Source: Callorhinchus milii
Taxonomy: Eukaryota
Direction: 5' to 3'
Length of the DNA: 64,000 nt
Assembly: GCF_018977255.1 (NCBI RefSeq)
Contig: NW_024704743.1
Span: 3,908,001-3,972,000, forward strand
Below are positions 12,011 through 24,374 of the stretch, in pieces. Made by a program: the position numbers and the translations under genes. Positions within the stretch are counted from its first letter, which is position 1, and every line of letters begins with the position of its first letter. Under the pieces are notes generated by a model. The model made no database searches and was not told the DNA's origin. It saw nothing but the letters and a program-made list of their open reading frames with translations.

Positions 12011-12333
12011 GGAGCCGTAGCCCAGTGGTTAGGGCGCTCGCCTTGCAAGCGAGAGACCGGGGTTTGATTCCCGGGCCGGGCGAAATGTTGGGCAAGCTTC
12101 CTTGCTCCACACGCCCAATAATAATCCCTCCAAAAGAAAATAATAAATTGGTCATTTTCAATCCACGACTGTTTGTGGGACACTGCTGTGCGCAATTGGC
12201 TGCCGCGTTTCGCCCATAAATATACAATCAATTCACTTTACAGTGTGTTCTGTGAAGCGCTTTGGGACGTCTTGAAGACGTGAAATGCGCTATATCAAAT
12301 GCAAGGATTATTATTATTATTATTATTATTATT
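12011..12333 (+). mobile_element. Full-length tRNA-derived SINE lacking the internal module
   Basis: Head ggagccgtagcccagtggttagggcgctcgccttgcaagcgag, followed by core and (TTA)n tail. Confidence 0.9.
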
Positions 12334-13235
12334 GCTCTCCCCCACGCTGACTCTGGGCGCTGAGACCCCTCCATCCCAACACACACACACACACAGACAG
12401 ACACACACCCACATTGTTTATCTTCCAACAACCAGGGAGACAGGAATCCACCTGGAACTTGACTTAGATTCATGTCTTAGAATTTCAGAATGTGCAAATT
12501 GTGAGCAATTCTTCAAGGCAGTCGTAAATTTTACAGAAAAATCAGTATCAAAATCACGACTTGCTCCGACGTTGACTCTGCCGAGCAGTTCATTTGGTTG
12601 AGTTGGCACGTTATTCTTCTTCATTTTGCCATTTTGTAGGTGCCAAAGACCAGCCCTGGGGAGTTATAACTGGCGGGTCTAATAGGCTGTGATTGTGTGC
12701 TCTTTGCCCTATCGCATACAATGTGCCACATACATACATACATCCACAATCCCTTTGTGATTCATTTCCCATTACAAACAGTGATTGCACATGAGTGAAG
12801 CACGGGCAGCCTATGTGTCAAGAAGGTCTGCCTCCTGCTCCGCCCTGGGGCCATCCCCCCATCTGCCCGGCATCTGTCATTCCTCTCAGCCTGCGAGGTT
12901 CGCAGTAAGCTCGCATAACGTGGCCATTTTTGTCCGGGATACAACTGACGTTTCCTTAATGTAGCACAGAAAATGACTCCCCCCGTGCAATTCAAAACAA
13001 CGGAACCTCACTCTTTTTTTCAAACAAACCAAATGCTAACTGAGCCGCTATCTAAGCAGTTTGGTTTTGTCTCACATTGTTGCTTCTTGGCTGGGTTTTA
13101 GAGGATCTAACCTGGCACTCGTTAGCTGATGTTTCAGACGACCGGCTCAGTCATCTGTAGAGAACAAAGTATTAACAAAAGCCACACGACTGGATACAAC
13201 AAACAGCAAATGCATGTCCATAGCACAGCATTCAG

Positions 13236-13570
13236 TGGAGTCCTACAGCTCAGTGGTTAGAGCGCTCGCCTCGTAAGCAAGAGACCTAGGTTCGATTCCC
13301 TGGCAGGGCAAAACTTTAGGTAAGTTTCCTTACCCCACACGCCTCCATTTACATAGCAGTAAGTAGGAACCCGGTTGTTAGTCGATCGGCGGATGGCTTT
13401 TCCGGGAATAACAATTCCTTCCAAACAAAAAGTAAGAGTAATAAATTGGTCACTCAATCCAGGACTGATTGTGGGGACGCTGCTGTGCGCAATTGGCTGC
13501 GGCGTTTCACCCACAAAATATACAGTCAATTCACTTTCCGGTATATTCTGTGGAGCGCTTTGAGACGTTT
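13236..13570 (+). mobile_element. tRNA-derived SINE, long subfamily, 3' truncated
   Basis: Box A/B head, internal module and Deu core are present. Confidence 0.9.
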
Positions 13571-14119
13571 CCGAAAAGAGAAGGGAGTTTCTCCGGATAC
13601 CTCGGTAAATAATCCTCCAGATCAATTAGATATTCAGTGTCTGAGATTTTGCTGCGTGCAAAAGGACTGCTGTGTTTGTCAATAGAGGTTGGTCACTGGA
13701 AAGACAGACGTGTGAAGTGTATTGAGAATTTCCAACCTAAAAAGATATTGTAAGATTATTATCTGTTGCAACATTCAGAATCAATGCTTGGCACTGTCAA
13801 CATGCGGTGTGATCAAGCATTTATTATAGTGAAAGTAAGTACCTGAAATGTCCTTGGGATCTTCAACTCATGTGTTCACCTCGAGGCGAAGGGCTACACA
13901 AAGAAACGTTTACATAGGGAAGCGACTTCCTCCCGACGTGAAAGGCGCTTTAAAAGTATAATGTTGTCGTCGTTGCCGCGGCTTAGCTTGGTCTGTGTTC
14001 TTTATTTTGTTCCCGCCGCCGCTTGGCTACGTGCGTGCACTGTGACGCAGGATGCCACAGCGCCACGGTCAACCGGCGAGGCCACCAGGTCTAACTGCAG
14101 AAAAAAACAAACTGAAATA

Positions 14120-14307
14120 CATTTTAGGTCATAACCCATGAACGATAGGAGATACCTGAAAACAAATATGCCCATGTCACTCCTAGATGCAAGATCTCTC
14201 CGATGGGGTATAAATCATGTCTCTACTTATTATTGAGATCCTTCTTGAAGCACAGATAGACAGACAGACACACACACACACAGACATTGTTGTTTTATTA
14301 GTATAGA
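14120..14307 (+). mobile_element. Possible non-autonomous Helentron/Helitron-type (HINE-like) remnant
   Basis: aaatcatgtctctac...gagat, then an internal (GACA)n/(CA)n microsatellite and the terminus ttttattagtataga. This layout resembles HINE/DINE-1-type elements. Confidence 0.4.
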
Positions 14308-15727
14308 AAATTTCCAGAATCTGCAGTATTTTGCTTTTTTTTTAAACATTTGTACAGTGCCTTTCTTCACATCAGGAGGATGGTTCGAAGTGCTGTTTAC
14401 AGGTTGTGTTTGAAGCTAATGAAAAGCTCAAAGATTGACATGAGGCTTCATCAAAAAAGTAAACAGAGGAACTGGTGACTGGGGGCTAGAAAAAAAGCAA
14501 CTTTATACTTTGTACATCACATTGGCCATCGAGGTGTTTCAAAGTCTCCTCAGTTTAGGCTCAGTGGATTGGTGGATCAAACAGAAAATGGAAACCTGAA
14601 ATTTCGACCAGCAACTCTATTTTATGATTAATTCGGGATCTATTTCCTTAGAGCTGAAATTCTGCAGTGAATATTTAGGCGCTTAAAACAAATCTCCCAA
14701 GCAAATTAGAAACTCAAAAGGACTTAGGTTCTGAGAAAGCCCGGGATAAGTCCAGCTAATATTCCAACTCGCACATTTTGCAACAGATTAACAACAACAA
14801 TGTACATTTATACCGTGCTGTTCAGGTGGGTTCAGCTTCGTGGAGTGCTGCACAATGGCAGGATTAGACCTCGAGCAATGGAGAAGGTGGAATTGCATAG
14901 ATGCGGATGAAGGGGGGTGGGCAGAGGGGTCGGGCATGGGTCCGAGAGATAGATTCTAGTCCGTGAACGGCTGTATGTGAGGGTGAGGTTTTTGAAATTG
15001 ATCGTTTCAGAGATAGAGAGCCAGTGGCCCCAGGTGAGGATTGTGGTTCATCCATAAAATATACAGTCACTACACTTTACAGTAAATTCCTGTGAAGCAC
15101 TTTGAGACATCCTCCTGACATGAAAGGCACCAAATCAAATGTAAGGCTTATTAAGTACCGTGCGGAAGTTGGCCAAAGATTTTGTTTAACAAAAAAAAAA
15201 TCGCTCTGGTGCTTTAGAGAGAAGTCTTCTCAGGTTGGGGGTCAACGCAGATTAATGTGGCAGAGGAGAGGGAGAAACGGAGGGAAGCTTTACATCTAAC
15301 AACATTACACCTCAGTAAGCGCCTGAAATGGGAAGGCTTACACGTGCAAGACGCTGTGGCTTAAGCCTCACACCAATATCGTCACATCACTTGCAGCACT
15401 GAGACGAAAAGCACTCTTTCGGCTCCTCGACAACCAAGAAACCGAAACATCGTCAAAAGCCGCACGTATCACAATAGTGCGCAGTTTACATCAAACCTCA
15501 AATTTTTCTCCGCGGAAGTTTACGAGATAACAACAGGGGTTTAGAATGAAGGAAGCCCCTTGGCCCATTTGATCCCATCCTTCCAGAATACCCACCCTAG
15601 CGTCGTTCCATCACAGCCTCAAGCTGTTTATTTTAGACATGTCCCGATGCTCCGGTCTCAGCCACCTGTTCCAGTTGTTAATTGCGACCTTGAACTCTGT
15701 GTTCTCTTATTATGCCGTCTCGGCACA

Positions 15728-16092
15728 TAATAATAATAATAATAATAATAATAATCCTCGCATTTGATACAGCGCCTTATCACGTCTTCGAGACGTCTCA
15801 AAGCTCTTCACAGGATATACTGGAAAGCGAATTGACTGCATATTTTGTGGGTGAAACGCGGCAGCCAATCGCGCACAGCAGCGTCCCCACAAACAGACGT
15901 GGATTCAGCGACCAATTTATTATTATTATTTTTTTTGAAGGGATTATCACCCCCGGAAAAACCAACCCGCCAATCGCTGAGCAATCAGGTTCCTACTTAC
16001 TTCTAGGTAAACAGAGGCGTGTGGAGTAAGGAAGCTTGCCCAACGTTTCGCCCTGCCCGGGAATCGAACCCAGGTCCTCTCGCTTGCGAGAG
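15728..16092 (-). mobile_element. tRNA-derived SINE, long subfamily
   Basis: Reverse-complement copy with the internal module. Confidence 0.9.
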
Positions 16093-17996
16093 ATTTTTAC
16101 CTGCTAATAAAGACAGGCAAGTTCCTTGACATTGTTACGAATAATCATTCAATTACATGAACGACTGAGATTCCAGCATTCCAGATGCAAACAGTGGTTT
16201 GACAATCATCCGGGTCAATGAGGTTTAGAGTAAGATAATCCTAATTAATTTACCTTACTTCATATAAATGGAGTTGATGTCATCCCAGTCTACAATAGAT
16301 ACTGAGTGAATTGTATGAAATCATTGACTGTTGAACCCCCGCCAGTTAAGAAATAAGATTTCATGTTTAATTAAATACTTTGTAAAAAGGCCTTCACCAC
16401 CACTGAGAGGAAAGCAATTGGCTGTGGATATAAAATTTACTCAGTGCATCATTAAACATTTTAAATGTAAGCTGACAGCAATGCCTCCCTGGAGAACGTA
16501 ATTTTAATGCGATGTCCTGTAAACAGGCAGCGGAAGGTTTAAACAAATTATTTGGAGCTATTTGAACAGCAAAATGATTTAACAGTAAAGGAAATGTTAC
16601 TGTACTGTGAAATTAAAAAAGATTCAACACTTACTTCAAAATTATTGGAACCGTAATTAAAAATATCTTAAGGAAAAACTCATAAGTAACTACATAAATT
16701 TAGTCAGAAGGCGTGCATTATCTGTTCAATGGCAATAAGAATAATCCTTGTACTTGAAAGAGCGCCTTATCACGACATTGAGACGTCTCAAAGCAGTTCA
16801 TAGAAAATACCGTGCAGTGAATTGACTGTATATGTTGTGTGCAGAGCAGTGTCCCACAATCAGTCATGGATTAAATATTATTATTATTTATCAATCGACC
16901 CTTTGTTTGACCAGTGACCTGAAGAAGTACTTGGATATTGACCCCTTTATCCTCCCCTTGCCTCTTTCCTCGCATAATCAGGAGGACGCCTCAAAGCGCT
17001 TCACAGAACTTACTGTAAAGTGCAGTGAATGGGTGATGCTTTTAGGTGAACGCCACAGGCAAATCTTACCCGCAGTAATGTCCCAAAAACAGCTACGAGG
17101 TGAGTGACCAATTTTATCTGAGGGGGATGGTTGACCGGGACACCAGGAGAAATGCATCCACTTGTAGAGGTGGATGCACAGCGTGGAAAGCACCTCCTCA
17201 GCTTGGAGATGCATCTACTCTGGCAGACTCTCTAGATCACAGATAATATCTTACCACAAGCTCTCCACTGGGGAACACAGTACAGTATTTGCACTGCGCT
17301 AAACCCTATGGAATTCAGATGAATGCTCTATTAGCCACCAGAGTGTGAATGAAATCAAGCCAATAATCATAAATCGTGCTCGAGATCGTCACAGGGGGCC
17401 ACTCTGCAGGTTCCAAAGGACAACAGCAGACAATGAAACAAACCCCTCTTTCTCAGACACGTTCCTTGGTCGCTCGGACTGACTGAATCCAGGCATGTTT
17501 ATTATTAGCCACAACACAGAGTGAATGATGTAAACTGTTGTCAGGTCTTGTTGAATATCTTTGCGGTTCAAGAAACACTAGCGCAGAAACAAGAACGATG
17601 CTCTGAGCAAAAGGAAGCCATCCAGCCCATTGTATCTCGACCTCTCCGTCTTTATTCAGCTCGCTCCCATGTCACGTAATGTTCTTCCTGCTCAGGTGTT
17701 TAACCCATTCTCAACAGCCACTTGGGGTGTTGAACGCCTCTATCATTTCATTCACCTGGAAAAACACAGTCACGACATTTTACGGTGAATCCCTGGGAAG
17801 TGCTCCCGATGTGAAGGGCATAATATAATAATAATAATCCTCGTGCTGGCGTAGCACCTAACCACGTTGTGGAGACCTGTCAAAACATTTTGCAGGATTT
17901 AACTGTTGTACGTGAAGGCAAACATGGCAGCCTTTGTGCACTTCCAGCATCCAGGCCTCTACGTGCCTTCCTGGTAACCTGTTCCAGTCTTCGATT

Positions 17997-18326
17997 AATA
18001 ATAATAATAATAATAATAATCCTTGCATTTGATATAGCGCTTTTCACGTCGGGAGGACGTCCCAAAGCGCTTCACAGAACACACTGTAAAGTGAATTGAC
18101 TGTATATTTGTGGGCGAACGCGGCAGCCAATTGCGCACAGCAATGTCCCACAAACAGTCGTAGATTGACAATGACCAATTAATTATTGTTTTGTTTTTTG
18201 GAGGGATTATTATTAGGCTCTGTGTGGAGTAAGGAAACTTGCCCGAGGTTTCGCCCTCTGCCTGGAATTGAACTCAGGTCTCTCGTTTGCAAAGCGGATG
18301 CTCTAACCACTGAGCTACAGGACTCC
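17997..18326 (-). mobile_element. Full-length SINE, short subfamily
   Basis: Near-identical reverse complement of 2307-2633. Confidence 0.92.
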
Positions 18327-18530
18327 ACGGGTAAAGAAATGGATTATTCCATGGGTAAAGAAATGCTTGCAGCTCTAGGACCCTGTCCTGTGCGGGGTGG
18401 CGGGTGCTATATATATAAATACACGTTGTCGTCGTTGTTGTAAATGCGCCAGCCCTTCTTGCTGCAGCCCGACCAGAGCTCTGCGCCATCGGCTTGTGAG
18501 GGAATCCATCTTGTGGTACTCGGTCAAACA

Positions 18531-18640
18531 ACTGAAACAAAAACAGAGAGAGCTGGGAACCCTCAGCAGGTCCAGGCAGCGTCCATGGAGAAAGGAAAGT
18601 GAGTCAACATTTCAGTTCCACGACTCTTCGTTCAGAGAGC
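18531..18640 (-). mobile_element. Penelope-derived arm with a degenerate hammerhead-like core
   Basis: The minus strand reads CTGAACGA-agagtcgtggaact-GAAA-tgtt-gactc. Homologous to 24375-24481. Confidence 0.6.
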
Positions 18641-19034
18641 GCCCTTCGGAGCGCTTTTTATAACTCATACGGTCTCCCACAAACCATTTGGGATGCCACC
18701 TATTCAAAGACCTACCCCATCTGACTGTCATTTTATTAGCTTATTGTTTTACACAGTAATACATTCCGTTTTATTTCTGATGATCGGCTCCATCATTTTT
18801 CCCAATTGTTGAGGTCTAACGGGGTCTGCAGTTTGTTCTGTGACCTTGCTCGAATATGGGAAGAACTTTTTCCTTTCTTTCAGTCTGTTGGTACCTTACC
18901 AGTGATGACTGATTGCCTCCTGATGTCTATCAATGCTACATAAATGTCCTACCTATCTCTCTTAAGTTGCAGCTCATCCTTCCCAGGGGACTTGTCGGTT
19001 TTCAGCCCCTTGAGCTGAGACCTCAGACTCACAA

Positions 19035-19350
19035 TAATATTCCTTGCATTTGATATAGCGCCTAATCACTTTGTTCTGACGCCTCAAAGCGCTTCACAAA
19101 ATATACTGTCAAGTGAATTAAAGTGAATATTATATGTAATATAATATAACAGTATATATTTTGTGGCCGAAACGCGGCAGCCAATTGCACACAGCAGCGT
19201 CCCACAAACAGTCGTGGATTGAGTGAAGACATTTTTCTAAGGGATTATTACCCCCAGAAAGCATTCTGCCAATTGACTAACAATTGGGTTCCTTCTTACT
19301 GCTGGTAAACAGAGGCTGGTGGAGTAAGGAAAGTTGCCAAAAGGCTTGTC
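19035..19350 (-). mobile_element. SINE, long subfamily (a second 5'-half copy lies at ~19650-19825)
   Basis: Reverse-complement core, internal module and tail. Confidence 0.85.
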
Positions 19351-20952
19351 CCTTAGAGATGTTCCAATGTGATAAGGTGTTATATGAAATGTAATTATGT
19401 GTTATTGCCAATGGGTTTGTTTTCTATACCGCCCTCTACTTTCTCGTTGTTCACTGATAGCTGGTGGGAAGATTGATCCAAATCTTTGGATAGTTAGCAA
19501 GGGAACAAACACTCACCAATCATTCATGTCAGGGGCAATTGTAGAAATAAACAATTATACAGTCTGCATCAGTACCTGAAGCAGTAAACCCACGACCACA
19601 ATCAATTAGGAAATGTATTAACTTTAAATCTAAAAGCAAATCACATCTAAGAAGGGATTATTACCCCCGGAAAAGCGATCGACTTAGCAACTGGGTTCCT
19701 ACTAACTGCTAGGTAAACAGAGGCGTGCGGAGTAAGGAAACTTGCCCAACATTTCCCCTGCCCGGGATTTTAAACCCAGGTCCTCTCGCTTGCGAGGCGA
19801 GTGCTGTAACCACTAAGCTACAGGTCTACATGACTTCTTGACATAAATTGGCAGTATGTTTAAAGGCTTGGTGTAATTTATATATTCACTCTTAAAGCTT
19901 CTTCCAATCAATTAAATCACGGTGCCTGCAATTTCCTTTCTTCTATTTCGACTCTATCACTTCTGTAAAGACGAGCAATTTTTTTTTGTATCTCTTTTCA
20001 AAATCTTCCGCCTATTTTCCATTGCCAAAATCGGAATCGAACGTAAATCACGAACAATTACTAATACTAGAAAATTTTAGAATTACAATTTTACTGGACA
20101 AAGGAACTTGTAAATATTACCATTTTCATCATGTACGATGGTAGAAAAAAAAAGCAGAACGAATGAAGATCGCAGTTGGATTTGGGTCCCTGGTTTTAAC
20201 CATGGCTAAGCTAATCCTGGGCATGTATTCTCAGCAATAATTACGTGCTTTGTCATTTGTTATTGCTTCATGCACTTTAACGGGACAAAATGATTTTCAC
20301 TAAAACTGTAGATATTCAACCTTCAGGAGATAAGTGATTGCCATGATATGACAATGGTTCCCAGGTTATTTCTTGTGAACAAGGAAGGGTTTTCTTTGTA
20401 AGAATATAACAAAAAAAAATGACATGGCACTCTTTCTACTGTAAAGAAATGGAGTTCTGTTACACACAAAAGTATTAGAGCGATATAATCAGCAATTTCC
20501 TAGACCACATGACTGACACCCAACACACATAAGCCTTTTTGAACTCAACAATACTTTTCACCAGGTCCATCTAAAAGGTAGAATAAAAGAAGAATAAAAT
20601 GAAAACTGCTGGAAAAACATATTGAAAATGCACAGCAAATCAGTCAGCGTCTCAGAGGATTGGGGTTACGCCCAAATGGTTAACTTATTTTTGGTCTCTT
20701 TGAGATACTTAAATTCCCAGCATACCTGTTTTTATTTTCGATTCCTAGCGTTTGAGTTTTTTTTCCCCCCATTCTGGTTCTGTCGGATGAATGGCTCAAC
20801 CCGTGTAAAAAGGAATTTATTTAGCGTATTGTCTCATTTGCAAGGAGACACTAGGACCCTGGCGTTTGAAACGTGAAGAGGAATTGCTGAATGTGTTAAT
20901 TATCACCGACGCATTGGATGGTGACATCTCTCAACGTTAAGGGTCAATAATG

Positions 20953-21278
20953 TGGAGTCCTGTAGCTCAGTGATTAGAGCACTTGCTTTGCAAGTGAGAG
21001 ACCTGAGTTCAATTCCAGGCAGAGGGCGAAACCTTGGGCAAGTTTCCTTACTCCACACAGAGCCCTAATAATAATCCCTCCAAAACCAAAAACAATAATA
21101 AATTGGTCATTTTCAATCTACGACTGTTTGTGGGACACTGCTGTGCGCAATTGGCTGCCGCGTTTCGCCCATAAATATACAATCAATTCACTTTACAATG
21201 TGTTGTGTGAAGCGCTTTGGGACGTCCTCCCGACGTGAAAAGCGCTATATCAAATGCAAGGATTATTATTATTATTAT
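20953..21278 (+). mobile_element. Full-length SINE, short subfamily
   Basis: Near-identical to 2307-2633. Confidence 0.92.
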
Positions 21279-21284
21279 TTTTAT

Positions 21285-21482
21285 CATAATAATCCTTGCA
21301 TTCGATGTAGCTCCTTATCTCGTCTTCGAGACGTCTCAAAGCGCTTCTCAGAATTTACTGTAAAGGGAATTGACTGTATATTTTGTGGGTGAAACGCGGC
21401 AGCCAATTGCGCACAGCAGCGTCCCACAAACAGTCGTGGATTGAAGTGACCAAATTCTTTTTTTTCGAAGGGATTATTACCC
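21285..21482 (-). mobile_element. SINE 3' half, tail-to-tail with the preceding copy
   Basis: Reverse-complement tail and Deu core. Confidence 0.9.
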
Positions 21483-22679
21483 GCAATGTACCCTCTGCGT
21501 TGATGTGAAGGAGCAGGACTCATCGGGTCTGAGACCGTGATTTGAATACCGACCAAATCAAGAAGATAATCCCTCCCTCCACTTGGCTTTCACACACCAC
21601 GTGGTCTAACCGAACGCAGGGCGAAACCATTTTATCTATAATGCTAAATAAACAAGCCAAAGGGATTAACACCCCGAATCAATTGGCGACGGAAATTTAA
21701 AGACTTATACAGTGAAACTCAAGCGCTATTCAAAGAATCTACAGAACAATCCGCATCACGTCGTTGCGGTGTCTCAAAGCGCTTCACAGAATACACTGCG
21801 AAGTGAATTGACGGTGTGTTTTGGGGGAAGACACGGCAGCCATTTTGCGCACAGCAGCGTCCCACAAACAGTCGCGGATTGGGTGACCGAATGGTTTTTT
21901 TTTTGGAAGGGGTTATTGCCCCCGGAAAGCGATCCATCCGCCTACCAACCCACAATCAAGTTATTGGAAGGATTATTACTGTTATTAAAATATCAACCGA
22001 AGCACAGCACCTCCAACAGTGCTGACACTCCCTTGGAGCATCAGCCTGGATTATATCAGTTCCCGACGTCCCAATGTGGGTCTTGAGCCCTACAACCGTC
22101 CAACCTTCCAGTCATAGACGAAGGTGCTACCGACTGAGCCGGGCTAACACACAAGATCAGGCGCGTGGGTAAAGGGTGCCTTCTGATTGATAGGAACTGC
22201 ACAATAGATAAATTGTATGTGCAGCCGCATAATGTGATTTTTCTGACACAAAAGGGAAGGATATCTCCACTCTGGTGCTAATAATGAGCCTAAAGGTAAG
22301 GAATATGGGTTTCAGCATAGCTACAGAAATCTCTGTTCAGCACTTAGCTGCTCCTTTTCGTTCACGGTAATCACAACTCTTCAACCTGTGAAAGCACTTT
22401 AGTTGCCGTGCAATTATTTCCTCTGAATAACCACCAAAGCGTGAATGAAATTTCCCCCCGCATTTCAGTAATTGCGCAGGAGATTCCTGAGGCTCGTGTG
22501 TGTGTGTGTGTTTTTTTCCCCAACAAACTAGGTATTCTATGTCGGTTAATTGACCATAAATATTCATACTGCAATATGAGTGAAGCTTTATATTTGACCA
22601 GGTGGGTGCAATTTAAGAAGCCTGTGAAAGGTGTCTACGCAGATCTAATGTGCGGCGCTTGTTTCATAAGCAATCCCAG

Positions 22680-22925
22680 AACAACAACAACTTGTAGATG
22701 GAGCACTTCGCAGAGAGCAGTGGCTCAGAGCGCGCCACAGTCGGGCGGCGAGCGAGGGAGAGGAGAGGAGGGAGGGGGAGGTGACTACAACAGCGACAAC
22801 TTGGGTTTACGTACGCGTTCTCTCCCGCCCACGCCTGCGGCATCCCGGAGCGCTTGACAGTGGCGGAGCCCGACACCGTGAGCCTGACGCCAAAGCGGTA
22901 GGTTTTAACGCGGGATTGCAAGCTA
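22680..22925 (-). mobile_element. GC-enriched, decayed L2 3' ends
   Basis: Two (CAA)n-led reverse tails. The minus-frame peptide QSRVKTYRF resembles L2 KSHLKTYLF. Confidence 0.55.
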
Positions 22926-23124
22926 CTTTCAGCCGCCACCCCCCCGAAACTCTGGACCACTCGTCCTCTACAACCTGACGGTAACCAGACGTAGGTCACA
23001 CCAACCCACGAGTCCGCAGTTTAGTACTTTCGATCGGAGGTAACTTTACCTTGTGTATCGGAAAGATACAATATGTTTATCATACAGTTTATCTAAGGAG
23101 CAATTTCTATCCACTAGTAACGAT

Positions 23125-23390
23125 ACTTCCATCATCGTCACTCCCTCCCTTGCCTCCTTGAAGGTCCATCTCGAGACCCTCCTCTTCAATCGTGCCATTC
23201 TCCCTGATCCCAACCACCGCACCCCCACCCCCCCCACCCCCCACCCCCCTCCCGCTTGGGTCCTGATCTCCGACTGCTCAGTGCCTTACGTTTTACAGTG
23301 TATCGCGTCTCCGGTGAAGCACTTTGAGGACATCTCGATGACGTTATAAGGTGCAATACCAAATGCAAGGATTATTTCTATTATTAATAT
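23125..23390 (+). mobile_element. L2 LINE 3' end
   Basis: Peptide SLASLKVHLETLLFNRA, then a C-rich UTR and the tail stem-loop. Confidence 0.8.
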
Positions 23391-24374
23391 TACAGAGCGT
23401 GAGAGTGCGACTGGAAGATGAGGCAGGCAGATGCAATAAAGCGTTCTGTCTCCAATTGATCTCAACGTGAGAAACCTCAAGGCTGTTTCATACAAATGTG
23501 AAGTTTGAATGTATCCACAGATAAGAATTCTTAGGCAAAGGAAAACACATTAGGCACAAGATACCCATTCCTTTTCGACAGATCAACCCCACTTCCCTAT
23601 CTTGTCAAAAAATTGCTTTACAGTGTCCTCCTGATATGAAATAATGTATACCAAATGCAGAGATTATTATTATTATTATTATTATTATTATTTAAACTAT
23701 CGCTTCTCACTGTGGCTGTAACATATTCCTAAATGAAACATGAAATAACTTTACCAGGAAAATCCTGCTGTCAGTTCATTCGTGTAATTTTTAATGGATA
23801 TTTTCATGTGTTTTCAAATGGAGTGCAAATGAAATCTGTCCCTAGAAATCTGTGGCAGATGAAGCTTTAAAGACGCCATCTGCAGTGCGTATAAATTTTT
23901 TAAAAATGTTGATGTGTTTTCATTTAGAAAAGATTGTGAGAGTGGCTTCCAATAAGCTCGACAGATGTTCCTTTAAGTTGTCGCACTGAACTCTACAGTA
24001 CATTAATATAATGTAACACCCTAATGATTTGTTATTCTAATGCAGCTTTAAGAGACCTCGTTTATCCGTTTCTCACATCATCTAAAACGTGAGATCCAAC
24101 TAAAGACGACTGCTTTAGTCACAGCTTTGTTATGCTAATGCTGTGAGATTACAGTATCTGTTTTCAGCACCGCAGCATGATTAGGATGGGTGATCCTATC
24201 CGATTCATCGAAGTGGAGAAACCGCAACCTTTCCTTTTAATAGCCTATTTATATTCCAGGGCAACTACTGCCCGAACTGTCACAGTTGAAACAAAAGGAG
24301 GCGATATTGCCTCCAGAAGGCAACTGCGAGACCGGTTCTTTCCCTCTCGTTGGGAAGGCAACGTGCATGCACCT

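Noticed and set aside
17153..17178. Hairpin TGCATCCAC-8 nt-GTGGATGCA
   Set aside because: It is an isolated 9-bp stem with no second copy or supporting context.
24160..24182. REST/RE1 site
   Set aside because: Only the left half (TTCAGCACC) matches; the GGACAG half is absent. The same applies at ~28928.
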